The translations under genes and the position numbers were made by a program. Below, in pieces: positions 29,963-39,356 of a stretch of DNA of 64,000 nucleotides. Every line of letters begins with the position of its first letter. The first letter of the stretch is position 1. Origin of the DNA: an uncultured Acidimicrobiaceae bacterium (lineage in GTDB: Bacteria > Actinomycetota > Acidimicrobiia > Spongiisociales > UBA5794); the NCBI GenBank assembly GCA_964416425.1, contig CAYQEC010000002.1, positions 102,701 to 166,700 of the forward strand. The letters run 5' to 3'. Under the pieces are notes generated by a model. The model did no database searches and had not been told where the DNA came from. It saw only the letters and a program-made list of their open reading frames with translations.

Positions 29963-30409
29963 CTACCAGCGCATCCCGTACATGTACCCGTTCTTGAAGT
30001 CCCGCTGCCCCGAGTCGTACTCCCAGGGAGCGTCGTCGTACCGGCCGGCCTCGTCCGCCACCGATCCGGCGAATTTGCCGAGGGTGATCACGCCGGTCGG
30101 GCACCGATCGATGCAGAGGGCGCAGCGGGTGCAGGCGTCCTCGTCGACGAGGAAGAAGCCACGGTTCTCCGGCTTGTCGCCCGGATCGGAGACGTTGGTG
30201 GCATCGGTGATGGCGTCGAGCGAGAGGTAGTGGATGCACTTCCAGGGGCAGATGTCGACGCATCCCTCACAGAGGATGCACTCCGACTGGTCGATGTGCA
30301 GGAACTGCTTCGGCTTGACCGCACTCTGCAGGAATGAGCCGTCGACCTCAGTGAGCTCGTAGTCGTCCCGGGTCGGCACCAGGTCGGTCCACACGTCGGA
30401 CTTCGCCAC
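29963..30409 (-). CDS. 2x[4Fe-4S] ferredoxin-domain protein in the cyt b6 operon
   Basis: CILCEGCVDICP and CTRCALCIDRCP motifs; GTG start with GGGAGG RBS. Confidence 0.75.
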   Translation of the reverse strand: MAKSDVWTDLVPTRDDYELTEVDGSFLQSAVKPKQFLHIDQSECILCEGCVDICPWKCIHYLSLDAITDATNVSDPGDKPENRGFFLVDEDACTRCALCIDRCPTGVITLGKFAGSVADEAGRYDDAPWEYDSGQRDFKNGYMYGMRW

Positions 30410-30412
30410 CGG

Positions 30413-31021
30413 CTACCTCCCTTCCCTGCGCAACGGGCGCCCGTAGGCGGACACCGGCTCCGGGACGGGGGTGGGGACGGTGGGCTCCCGGGCCGCCCTG
30501 CCCTGCCAGCGCACCATGGTGAAGGCGACGGCCGCGAGGGCTCCGGCGGCGTAGCCCCCCGACACCATGTCCTTGAGGGCGGCGAACGAGATCGAGACCT
30601 CGTTGCCGAGCACGAGCCAGCTCGGGATGGTGAAGGCGATCTTCTGCGGCGTCCACTCCCACTGGGCCTGGGTCAGGGTCAGCCACTGATTGGGGACGAT
30701 GCCGAACATGATGATCATCAGCGCGGCGAACAGCGCCGCGCCCAAGGCGGCGCGGGCCCAGGTCATCTGCCGCTGGTAGAGGAAAGCGAGGGCCGTGCCT
30801 CCGATCGCCAGTACGACGCCGCCGACCGAGACGATCTGACCCAGCAGCGACCATAGCCAACCGCGCGGAATCGAGGGGTAGATGTCCCGTCCCAGGTTGT
30901 CGGTGACGGGCAGGGCGGTGAAGTGGGCCCACAGGGCGCCGAGCACCGCGGCGCTCACGCCGGCCATCATGGCGGCGAGGCCCAACCTCAGGTATCGCTT
31001 GTGCGTCTCGGTCTGCAGCAT
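30413..31021 (-). CDS. hypothetical 4-5 TM membrane protein, first gene of the cyt b6 operon
   Basis: MLQTETHKRYLRLGLAAMMAG... taken as start of ORF 30413..31162; the stop is 3 nt from the ferredoxin start. Confidence 0.45.
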   Translation of the reverse strand: MLQTETHKRYLRLGLAAMMAGVSAAVLGALWAHFTALPVTDNLGRDIYPSIPRGWLWSLLGQIVSVGGVVLAIGGTALAFLYQRQMTWARAALGAALFAALMIIMFGIVPNQWLTLTQAQWEWTPQKIAFTIPSWLVLGNEVSISFAALKDMVSGGYAAGALAAVAFTMVRWQGRAAREPTVPTPVPEPVSAYGRPLRREGR

Positions 31022-31338
31022 CGTCCTCGCTCGCCACGCCGGTCGCGTCGGCGGCATTCTAAGCAACCGAGTCTGGTGCGGTGACGGGTTCTGCGGGATG
31101 TCGCGAGGCCGATCGCGCCCGGCCGGAGCCCGCCGACCGGCCCCGGAACCGGGTGCCGGCAAGGGTGCGGGTGGCGCCGGAAGCTGCCCGACCCCGGCGC
31201 CTGCCCCGCCGGAGCGAGACCCCGGGGCCGGCGTCGCCGATCCTTCCCGAATCGTGTGTCCGGCCGCGGCCCTTTGGCTAGGCTGCCCCCGCCGCCGAGA
31301 GGTGGGGCGGCATCGGCGCAGAGGGAAGGGTGGAGGAC

Positions 31339-33271
31339 GGTGACCTCCGAGACGGCAACCGACACGGTGGGCGCCGCGGCCGAATCAGGGGCGGGGATGG
31401 CGGCGCCGCTCGTCGTCCGTCTCCACCTCGTCTGCTCGGTCGGCTTCCTCGTCGCCGGTAGCATCCTCGCCGCCCTCGCTGCCCTTCAGCTCGTGGCGCC
31501 GGACCTGCTCGGCGGCAGCCCACTCCTCGGCTACGGGCGCCTCGTTCCCGTCTCCCTCCACTTCGTCATCTACGGCTGGCTCACACTCGGGTTGCTCGGA
31601 GCCCTCTACCTGGCGGTGTCCGCCGGCGCCGGCGTCCCGCTGCGCAACCCGGGAACCGCTCGCATCGGGTTCGTGCTGCTCTCGCTGGGGTACCTCGCCG
31701 GCGGTGTCGCCATCGGCCTCGGCTTCTCGGAAGGCCGCCGCTACCTGGAGGCGCCGCTGTGGGCCGACGCCGTCACCCTGCTCGGCCTCCTGATCGCCGC
31801 CGTCGTCGTCACCCGCACCGTGGCGGCCCGGACGCGGGAGCTGGGTGTGGTGCAGTGGTACGCCGTCGCCGCCGTGTGGTGGCTGGTCCTCCTCCACATC
31901 GTGGGCAACGTTCCCGGGATCGAGGGTGTCAACGGGGCATTGCAGGCCGCCTTCTACCGCGCCGGCCTCACCGGACTCTGGCTCGCTTCCGCCGGGGTCG
32001 GAGCCGTCTACTCGCTCCTGTCCCGCCTCGGAGGCCGTCCCCGCCTCGTACCCACCCGCCTCTCCCTCATCGGGTTCTGGACCCTCGGCACGGCCTGGGC
32101 CCTCACCGGCTCCAACGAGCTCACCTACGGGCCGGTCCCGGACTGGTTCCAGACGATCGGCGTCGTGTTCTCGATCGCCCTGCTGGGGGCGGTGGCGGCG
32201 GTCATCACCGACGTCGTGATCGCGTTGCGGGGGCGCTGGGCCGCCGCCGTCGCCCATCCCTCCGCCCGGTTCCTGGTCGCAGGCCTCGCCCTCTTCGGGT
32301 TGCTGCCGGTGCTCGGCCTGCTGGAGGCGCTGCGGGCCTCCAGCGCCGTGGTCGGGCTCACCGACTGGGTCGCCGCCGTCGAGTGGGTCGGCGTGTTCGG
32401 CGCCTTCTCGCTGTGGCTCTTCGCCGTCGGCTACGACGCCCTTCCCCGGCTGCGGGGCCGCGCCGCCCCCGCCTGGCGGGCCCGGCTCCACCTCCAGGGC
32501 ACCCTGCTGGGTCTCGGTCTCGCGGTCGGCGCCATGCTGGTGGGAGCGGTGCAGGGCGGCCTCACCTGGCTCGGCGGCGCCAACTCGCAGTCGTTCGCCG
32601 CCGCCGGAGAGGGATTCCGCAACAGCCTCGAGCCGATGGCCGGGTTGCGGGTGGTGCGTTTCGCCGGCATCGCCGTCTTCGCCGTTGCCCAACTCGGCTA
32701 CCTCGGCAACGTGCTCTTCCGCCGCGCCGAGCCGATCACGGTGGAGGCCGCCGCCGACGAGGAGATCGACGAGGAGCTGGTGCTGGCGGCGCCGCCGTCG
32801 TGGAACCGGCTCCGCGCCGGCGTCGCAGGGGTGTTCGCCGTCGTGCTCCTGCTCGGCCTGGTGCTGCCGTCGCTCGACTCCGCCGACCGCAGTGCCACGG
32901 CCCTCGCCGACACCGCTCGGTACTACCCGAGCGACAGCACCGCGGCGGCCGGGCGCGAGGTGTACCTACGGGAGGGGTGCGGCTACTGCCACACCCAGCA
33001 GGTGCGGCCCATCGTCACCGACGTCGGGTTGGGGGCGGTGAGCGTGGCGGGCGACTTCGCCTCCGAGTCACCCGTCCTGCTCGGTGTCGAGCGCATCGGC
33101 CCCGACCTGATGCACGCCGGCTCGCGCAGCCCGACCAACTCCCAGACCTGGGTCGTCGGCCACCTCCAGGATCCCCGCCGGGATCGGGCCTGGTCGATCA
33201 TGCCCTCCTACGATTCGCTGTCGTCCACCGACCTGTGGGCGCTCGCCGCCTACCTCGAGTCGCAGAAGTGA
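31339..33271 (+). CDS. CcoN-like (cbb3 oxidase subunit I-like) membrane domain fused to CcoO/FixO-like monohaem cytochrome c domain; apparently ligand-deficient
   Basis: ...LQLVAPDLLGGSPLLGYGRLVPVSLHFVIYGW... and ...YGPVPDWFQTIGVVFSIALL... align with CcoN helices II and VII. C-terminal ...EGCGYCHTQQVR...ERIGPDLMHAGSR...WVVGHLQDPR...SIMPSY is a CcoO haem domain. Start uncertain (GTG ~31339 or ATG ~31394). Confidence 0.6.
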
Positions 33272-33275
33272 TCCG

Positions 33276-34367
33276 ATGAACGAATTGCTCGAACGCGTGT
33301 CGCAGGACCTCGGGGTCCCCGTCGAACTGCTGCGCCGCGCCGCCGCCGCCAGGGCGGCCGCCATGGGCGACACCGCCGAGGCGGTGGTGGGGCGCTGGGC
33401 GGGCGAGGAGCCTACGGGCGAGGAGCCTACGGGCGAGGAGCCTACGGGAGCGGAGCCGACGGGCGAGGTGCCGGCCGCCGCCTCCCCGCCGCCACAACCC
33501 GCCGCGACAGAAACGCCGGCGGAGGGGTCGGCCCCGGCCGCCGAGCCGGCGGGGCTGCCCGAACACCTGGTGCGGCGCACCGCGGCGGCTCGCGCCAAAC
33601 GGGAAGGGCGCCCCCTCGAGGAGGTGCTGGCCGAGATGGGCCTCGAAACCGGGGCTCCCCCAACCCCGGCCGCCGCGCCCACCCCGGCCGCCGCGCCCGC
33701 CCCGTCCGCCATGGAGCCGGCGCCGCCGGAGGCGTCACCGGACGCGACCCCGGCCCCCGCCGAGGAGCCTGCCGCGGCGCTCCCCGAGCCACCGGCCCCA
33801 CCCGACGACGAGCCGGCCGCCTCCCTCTTCGGTGGTTTCCCGCGCTGGCTGGCCGCCTCGTTCGTGCTGTTGCCGCTCATCGCCCTCGTCTACGCCCTCG
33901 TCTCCCCCAACGGGCCCGACTGCGGCACCTCGGGCAGGCTCGCCATCGACCCGGTCACCGGTGTCGGCCAGAACTGCGACGGCAGCGCCTTCGGGACCTC
34001 GAGCACCGACTTCTTCACCAGCGGCATGGAGCTGTTCACCGGCGCCACCTGCAACGTCTGCCACGGCGACCAGGGGCAGGGCGCGGTGGGCCCCGCCTTC
34101 GCCGGCGGGGCGGTGCTCGTCACCTTCCCGAGCGGGAGCTGCGCCGACCACGTCGAATGGGTGAGGGTCGGCACCGACGGCTGGCCCGACCCCACCTACG
34201 GCGCCACCGCCAAACCCGTCGGGGGGAGCGGCGCCAAGATGCCGGCCTTCGGAAACCAGCTCAGCGACGAGGAGCTGCGCAGCGTGGTGCTCTACGAACG
34301 GGTCGCCTTCGGGGGCGAGCCGTTGGCGGAAGCCGAGGCCGACTGCGGCCTCGTCCCCGCCGAGTGA
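33276..34367 (+). CDS. membrane-anchored monohaem cytochrome c with N-terminal repeat-module extension
   Basis: CNVCHGDQGQGAVGPAF haem motif; TM helix WLAASFVLLPLIALVYALV; N-terminal VPVELLRRAAAARAAAMG... and LPEHLVRRTAAARAKREGRPLEEVLAEMGLE repeats. Confidence 0.7.
   Translation: MNELLERVSQDLGVPVELLRRAAAARAAAMGDTAEAVVGRWAGEEPTGEEPTGEEPTGAEPTGEVPAAASPPPQPAATETPAEGSAPAAEPAGLPEHLVRRTAAARAKREGRPLEEVLAEMGLETGAPPTPAAAPTPAAAPAPSAMEPAPPEASPDATPAPAEEPAAALPEPPAPPDDEPAASLFGGFPRWLAASFVLLPLIALVYALVSPNGPDCGTSGRLAIDPVTGVGQNCDGSAFGTSSTDFFTSGMELFTGATCNVCHGDQGQGAVGPAFAGGAVLVTFPSGSCADHVEWVRVGTDGWPDPTYGATAKPVGGSGAKMPAFGNQLSDEELRSVVLYERVAFGGEPLAEAEADCGLVPAE
33406..33465 (+). repeat. 15-bp tandem repeat x4 encoding (EEPTG)n
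   Basis: ggcgaggagcctacg repeated; in frame inside the cytochrome c gene. Confidence 0.7.
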
Positions 34368-34416
34368 CCCTGGGTCCCGTCCGGCGCCGCTCCACCGCCC
34401 GGTAGCCTCTGCTCCC

Positions 34417-35682
34417 GTGAGCACCACGCCCGACGTCCTCGTGATCGGTGGCGGCCCCGCCGGCGCCGCCACCGCCTTCTGGCTTGCCCGCGCCGGGGCG
34501 TCGGTGCTCGTCGCCGAGAAGCGCGGCTACCCGCGGGAGAAGACCTGCGGCGACGGCCTTACCCCGCGGGCGATCAAGCAGCTCGCCGACATGGGCTTCG
34601 ACTTCGACCTACCCGAGCTGCACCGCATCGTCGGGCTGCGCGCCTACGTGGGGGAGCGCCGGCTGGAGATGCCGTGGCCCCGCCACACCGTCTATCCCGA
34701 CTGGGGGGCGGTGATCCGGCGCTCCGACCTCGACCTCCAGGTCGCCCGGCTCGCCGAGAAGCAGGGGGCGGTGATCCGCCAGCACACCGAGGCGGTCCCG
34801 GTGATGGAGGCCGGCCGCCTCGCCGCGGTGGAGCTGCGGACGAAGAACGGCACGGTGGGGAGCGAGGTGGAGGTGGTGCGTCCCCGTCTTGTCGCCGTCG
34901 CCGACGGCTCGCTGTCCCGCTTCGGGCGCCCCCTCGGCGTCCGGCGCCGCCGCGACTACCCGTTCGGGCTCGCCCTCCGCGGCTACTACGCCAGTCCCAA
35001 CTCCCGGGACGGGTACCTCGAGAGCCAGCTCGACATCCGGGACGGCGCCGGGCGGTCGCTTCCCGGGTACGGCTGGGTGTTCCCGCTCGGCGACGGGGAG
35101 GTCAACGTCGGCGTCGGCGTCGTCTCCACCTTCCGGGGATGGAAGGACGTCGGGACCTCTCGCCTGCTGGAGGCTTACCTCGCCTCGCTCCCCGGTCACT
35201 GGGAGATCGGTCCCGGCTCCGAGACCCGGGCACCGATCGGTGGCAAGCTGCCGATGGCGATGTCGGTGGGCCCGCGGTTCGGGGCCAACTGGGTGGCCGT
35301 GGGAGATGCCGCCGGGGCCGTCAACCCCTTCAACGGGGAGGGCATCGACTACGCCTACGAGACGGGCCGGATGGCGGCCGGCTCCCTCCTCGAGGCGCTC
35401 GCCGCCGGCGATCCCGGGGCGCTCGTCGGCTATTCGCGGGCGATCGACGCCGCCTACGCCGACTACCACCGGGTGGCCCGCCTCCTGGTGATGGCGATCG
35501 GTAACCCCCCGGTGATGCAGGCCCTGACCCGGGTAGGGATCCACTCCCGGCCCCTCATGGAATGGGCGCTCAAGGTGATGGCCAACTTGCTGGAACCCGA
35601 GGAGCGGGGGACGTCGGAGTGGGTGTACCACCTCATCGAACGCCTCGTCGCCCTCGGTCCCGACCCGCTCATCCGCCGCTGA
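34417..35682 (+). CDS. geranylgeranyl reductase family FAD-dependent oxidoreductase (MenJ-like)
   Basis: DVLVIGGGPAGAATAFWLARAGASVLVAEKR (GxGxxG FAD fold) ...KTCGDGL... is typical of geranylgeranyl reductases. Confidence 0.85.
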   Translation: MSTTPDVLVIGGGPAGAATAFWLARAGASVLVAEKRGYPREKTCGDGLTPRAIKQLADMGFDFDLPELHRIVGLRAYVGERRLEMPWPRHTVYPDWGAVIRRSDLDLQVARLAEKQGAVIRQHTEAVPVMEAGRLAAVELRTKNGTVGSEVEVVRPRLVAVADGSLSRFGRPLGVRRRRDYPFGLALRGYYASPNSRDGYLESQLDIRDGAGRSLPGYGWVFPLGDGEVNVGVGVVSTFRGWKDVGTSRLLEAYLASLPGHWEIGPGSETRAPIGGKLPMAMSVGPRFGANWVAVGDAAGAVNPFNGEGIDYAYETGRMAAGSLLEALAAGDPGALVGYSRAIDAAYADYHRVARLLVMAIGNPPVMQALTRVGIHSRPLMEWALKVMANLLEPEERGTSEWVYHLIERLVALGPDPLIRR

Positions 35683-35780
35683 GAGACCTCGATTCCGACC
35701 GCGCGTTCCTTAGCCGATGCCCCCTCGCTAGGCTCGAAACAGGTCCGGTCCGGGCCGTCCGGGAGGGCCGTTCCCGCGTT

Positions 35781-35798
35781 TTGCGAGCGGGGTCGCAA
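35781..35798. promoter_or_regulatory. Rex-operator-like inverted repeat TTGCGAGCGGGGTCGCAA upstream of nuoA
   Basis: 6-bp arms TTGCGA/TCGCAA with 6-bp spacer, 36 bp upstream of the nuoA start; resembles the Rex box TTGTGAA-n4-TTCACAA with one change per half-site. A third half-site TGCGAC lies at 35809..35814. Confidence 0.35.
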
Positions 35799-35833
35799 TT
35801 CCTAGTCTGCGACATCGGAAGGAGTCCGCCGAG

Positions 35834-36262
35834 ATGACGCTCGCTGCCTATCTGCCGGTCGCCCTGCTGTTCCTCGTCGGGGTGGGCTTCGCGGTGGTGG
35901 CACTGACGCTCTCACGGAGGATCGCTCCCCACAATCCGACCCCGGAGAAGCTGGCGCCCTACGAATGCGGCATCGTCCCGTTGCAGGAGCCGGCCGAGCG
36001 CTTCCCGGTCAAGTTCTACCTCGTTGCCATGCTGTTTGTGATCTTCGACGTCGAGCTGGTCTTCCTCTTCGCCTGGGCCGTCCGCTTCGTGGACTTCGGC
36101 TGGGCCGGTATCGGCGCCATGGCGATCTTCGTGGTGTTGCTCGCCGAGACCCTCTTCTACGTGTGGAAGCGCGGCGCCCTCGACTGGAACGTCGCCCGCC
36201 GCGACCGCTACCGCCGGGTCGTGGCCCCCGAGGGTGTGCCATCCACCCGGGAGGCTGCTTGA
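35834..36262 (+). CDS. nuoA: NADH-quinone oxidoreductase subunit A
   Basis: ...YECGI...[12 protein letters not shown]... is the conserved NuoA motif. Confidence 0.9.
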   Translation: MTLAAYLPVALLFLVGVGFAVVALTLSRRIAPHNPTPEKLAPYECGIVPLQEPAERFPVKFYLVAMLFVIFDVELVFLFAWAVRFVDFGWAGIGAMAIFVVLLAETLFYVWKRGALDWNVARRDRYRRVVAPEGVPSTREAA

Positions 36263-36732
36263 TGGCCGGCACCGCCGAGCCGCCCGGCTTCCTCCTCACC
36301 ACCCTCGACAAGGGAGTCAACTGGGCCCGGACCCGCTCGATGTGGGGGGCCGTCTTCGGCCTCGCCTGCTGCGCCATCGAGATGATGGCCACCGGCGCCG
36401 CCCACCACGACCTCGCCCGTTTCGGGATGGAGGTGTTCCGGGCCTCGCCGCGGCAGGCCGACCTGATGATCGTCGCCGGCCGGGTGTCGCAGAAGATGGC
36501 CCCCGTCCTCCGCCAGGTCTACGACCAGATGGCCGAGCCGAAATGGGTGATCTCGATGGGTGCCTGCGCCTCGACCGGGGGCATGTTCAACAACTACGCC
36601 GTCGTCCAGGGGGTCGATCAGGTGGTGCCCGTCGACATCTTCGTGCCGGGATGCCCGCCCGGGCCGCAGTCCCTCATGCACGGGATCCTGATGCTGCAGG
36701 AGAAGATCATGGCCGGCGAGATCAAGCATTAG
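36262..36732 (+). CDS. nuoB: NADH-quinone oxidoreductase subunit B
   Basis: [10 protein letters not shown]...GACASTGG...PGCPP motifs (N2 cluster ligands); ATG overlaps the nuoA stop. Confidence 0.9.
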   Translation: MAGTAEPPGFLLTTLDKGVNWARTRSMWGAVFGLACCAIEMMATGAAHHDLARFGMEVFRASPRQADLMIVAGRVSQKMAPVLRQVYDQMAEPKWVISMGACASTGGMFNNYAVVQGVDQVVPVDIFVPGCPPGPQSLMHGILMLQEKIMAGEIKH

Positions 36733-36742
36733 AGGAAGCGAC

Positions 36743-37273
36743 GTGACCGACCAGGACCTCCCGACCACCGACACCGCCGCCGGCGCCGACGACCCGGTGC
36801 TCGCGGAGCTGGCGGTGCTCTTCCCCGATGCCCGGTTCGAGCGGTTCGAGCCGCCGGTCGGCCCGGCGCAGGACGTCGTGCACGTCGCCCCCGCCGACTA
36901 CCTCGACCTGGTGACCGCCGCCCGCAACGCCGGCTTCGACACCTTCGTCGACCTCTGCGCGGTCGACTACCTGTGGCGCGATCCGCGCTTCGAGGTCGTC
37001 GTCATCCTGGGGTCGATGGAGCTGCGCCGCCGGCTGCGGATCCGGGTCGGCGTCGGCGGCTCCCGACCGACCCTGCCCACGATCACCTGGGTGTTCCCCG
37101 GCGCCAACTTCTACGAGCGGGAGTCCTTCGACCTCTACGGCGTCACCTTCGACGGCCATCCCGACCTGACCCGCATCCTGCTCCCCGACGACTGGGAGGG
37201 ACACCCGCTGCGCAAGGACGAGTCGGTCGGCTCGGTGCCGGTCCAGTTCAAGGAGGCACACAAGGCGCCATGA
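36743..37273 (+). CDS. nuoC: NADH-quinone oxidoreductase subunit C
   Basis: 176 aa; ...FDLYGVTFDGHPDLTRILLPDDWEGHPLRKD... NuoC signature. Confidence 0.9.
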   Translation: MTDQDLPTTDTAAGADDPVLAELAVLFPDARFERFEPPVGPAQDVVHVAPADYLDLVTAARNAGFDTFVDLCAVDYLWRDPRFEVVVILGSMELRRRLRIRVGVGGSRPTLPTITWVFPGANFYERESFDLYGVTFDGHPDLTRILLPDDWEGHPLRKDESVGSVPVQFKEAHKAP

Positions 37274-38706
37274 GCGACACCCCCAACGTCGTCACCGGGG
37301 ATTTTGAAGCCCCCACCATCAAGCCGCCCACCGCCGACGAGTCGCAGCCGTCGGCGACGGCCGAGCGGCGGCGGGAGATTCACGACATCTGGGTGGCCGG
37401 TACCGAGGAGCCGTCCTGGGTGCGGCAGGCGACCGACGAGGGGTCTCAGGAGATGCTGATCGCAGGCGCCGACCAGGCCATCGCCGTGCAGGAAGGCACC
37501 GTCGTCTCCGACGACTACGTGGTGCAGGACGACAGCGACGCCGACGAGCGCCAAATCCTCAACATGGGCCCGCAGCATCCCTCCACCCACGGGGTGCTCC
37601 GGCTCCACCTCGAGCTGGAAGGGGAGACCATCCGGCGGGTCAAGCCGATCATCGGGTACCTCCACACCGGGATGGAGAAGACCGCCGAGACCCTCACTTA
37701 CCTCCAGGGAAGCACCAACGTCACCCGGATGGACTACCTGTCGTCGTTCCACGTCGAGCTGGCGTTCGCCCTTGCCGTCGAGCAGCTGCTCGGGGTCGAG
37801 ATCCCGCCGCGGGGACAGGCGATCCGGGTACTGCTCACCGAGCTGAACCGGGTTTCCAGCCACCTGATCTGGCTCGCCACCCAGGGCATGGACATCGGGG
37901 CGATCTCGATGATGCTCTACGGCTTCCGGGAGCGGGAGTTGTGCGTCAACTTCTTCGAGAAGGTGACCGGGCTCCGCATGAACCACAACTTCATCCGGCC
38001 CGGCGGGGTCGCCGCCGACTTGCCGGACGGGTGGGAGGACGACGTCGAGTTCCTGCTGGAGAAGGTCCCGGCCGGGATCGTCGAGTACGAGGAGCTCCTC
38101 AACGAGAACCCGATCTTCCTCGACCGCACCGTCGGGGTCGGGGTGATCACTCCCGAGGAGTGCAAGGCGTACGGCGTCACCGGGCCGACCGCCCGGGCGG
38201 CCGGGCTGGGATGGGACCTGCGCAAGGTGTTCCCCTACAGCGGCATCGACCAGTACGAGTTCGACGTGCCGGTGGGCCGCCACGGGGACGTCTACGATCG
38301 CTACCTGGTGCGGATGGAGGAGATGAAGCAGTCGCTCCGGATCACCCGCCAGGCGCTGGAGACGATGCCGGCCGGCGACTACCGCAGCGACGACCGCAAG
38401 GTCACCCCACCCCCCCGCAAGCGCATCGACGAGTCGATGGAAGCCCTCATCCACCACTTCAAGCTGTTCACCGACGGCTTCAAGGTCCCGGCGGGGGAGA
38501 CCTACCAGGCGGTCGAGTCGCCCCGCGGCGAGCTCGGCGTCTACCTCGTGGCCGACGGGCGCTCCCGGCCGTGGCGCCTCCACGTCCGCGCTCCGTCCTT
38601 CAATCACGTGCAGGCGTTGCCGGTGATGCTGACCGACTCGTTGATCGCCGACAGCGTCGCCACCCTGGCCTCGATCGACCCGGTGCTGGGGGACGTAGAC
38701 CGATGA
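37270..38706 (+). CDS. nuoD: NADH-quinone oxidoreductase subunit D (with about 90-aa acidic N-terminal extension if the first ATG is used)
   Basis: ...[15 protein letters not shown]... at the start and ...RAPSFNHVQALPVML...DVDR at the end; ATGA overlap with nuoC. An alternative start at the internal MLIAGAD (~37450) would give a canonical length. Confidence 0.85.
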   Translation: MSDTPNVVTGDFEAPTIKPPTADESQPSATAERRREIHDIWVAGTEEPSWVRQATDEGSQEMLIAGADQAIAVQEGTVVSDDYVVQDDSDADERQILNMGPQHPSTHGVLRLHLELEGETIRRVKPIIGYLHTGMEKTAETLTYLQGSTNVTRMDYLSSFHVELAFALAVEQLLGVEIPPRGQAIRVLLTELNRVSSHLIWLATQGMDIGAISMMLYGFRERELCVNFFEKVTGLRMNHNFIRPGGVAADLPDGWEDDVEFLLEKVPAGIVEYEELLNENPIFLDRTVGVGVITPEECKAYGVTGPTARAAGLGWDLRKVFPYSGIDQYEFDVPVGRHGDVYDRYLVRMEEMKQSLRITRQALETMPAGDYRSDDRKVTPPPRKRIDESMEALIHHFKLFTDGFKVPAGETYQAVESPRGELGVYLVADGRSRPWRLHVRAPSFNHVQALPVMLTDSLIADSVATLASIDPVLGDVDR

Positions 38707-39356
38707 CGACCCGCCAGCCCTCCGATCCCCTCGCCCCCATCGCCGAATGGAGCGAGCCCAACCGGCGCCGGGCCCGCACCGCGCTCGACGCCTACCCGGA
38801 GCGGCGCTCGGCGGTGATGCCGCTGCTGTTCCTGGCGATGATGGAGCACGGCCACGTCACCGACGAGGCGATGCAGGAGGTGGCAGACCTCACCGGCCTC
38901 ACCGCCGCCCAGGTGCTCTCGGTCGCCAGCTTCTACACCATGTACAAGCGGGAGGACCCGGGCCGCTACCTCATCTCGGTGTGCACCTCGATCTCCTGCC
39001 ACCTGCTCGGGGCCGACGAGGTGCTGGCCGCCATCGTCGACGAGACCGGCACGGCCGACGGCGAGACCGCCGAGGACGGGCTGATCAGCGTCGAGCACGT
39101 CGAGTGCAACGGCGGCTGCGGCGGCGCCCCGGTGGTGCTCGTCAACTACGAGATGATCGAGGGGGTCACCCCGGAGAAGGGCCGGGCGCTGTGCCGCTGG
39201 TTGCGCGACGGCCGCCCCGAGGTGGTCTTCGCCGGCGAGATGCAGCAGCTCTTCGGGGGGCGCCGCTCCTTCGACTGGGGCATCGTTGACGAGGAGGGGG
39301 CCATCGTCCCCGTCCCCGCCTTCGAGCCCTACGGATCATCCGGGGAGGGATCGTGA
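38703..39356 (+). CDS. nuoE: NADH-quinone oxidoreductase subunit E (2Fe-2S)
   Basis: ...SVCTSISCHLLGADE...CNGGCGGAP... cysteine pattern; ATGA overlap with nuoD. Confidence 0.9.
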   Translation: MTTRQPSDPLAPIAEWSEPNRRRARTALDAYPERRSAVMPLLFLAMMEHGHVTDEAMQEVADLTGLTAAQVLSVASFYTMYKREDPGRYLISVCTSISCHLLGADEVLAAIVDETGTADGETAEDGLISVEHVECNGGCGGAPVVLVNYEMIEGVTPEKGRALCRWLRDGRPEVVFAGEMQQLFGGRRSFDWGIVDEEGAIVPVPAFEPYGSSGEGS

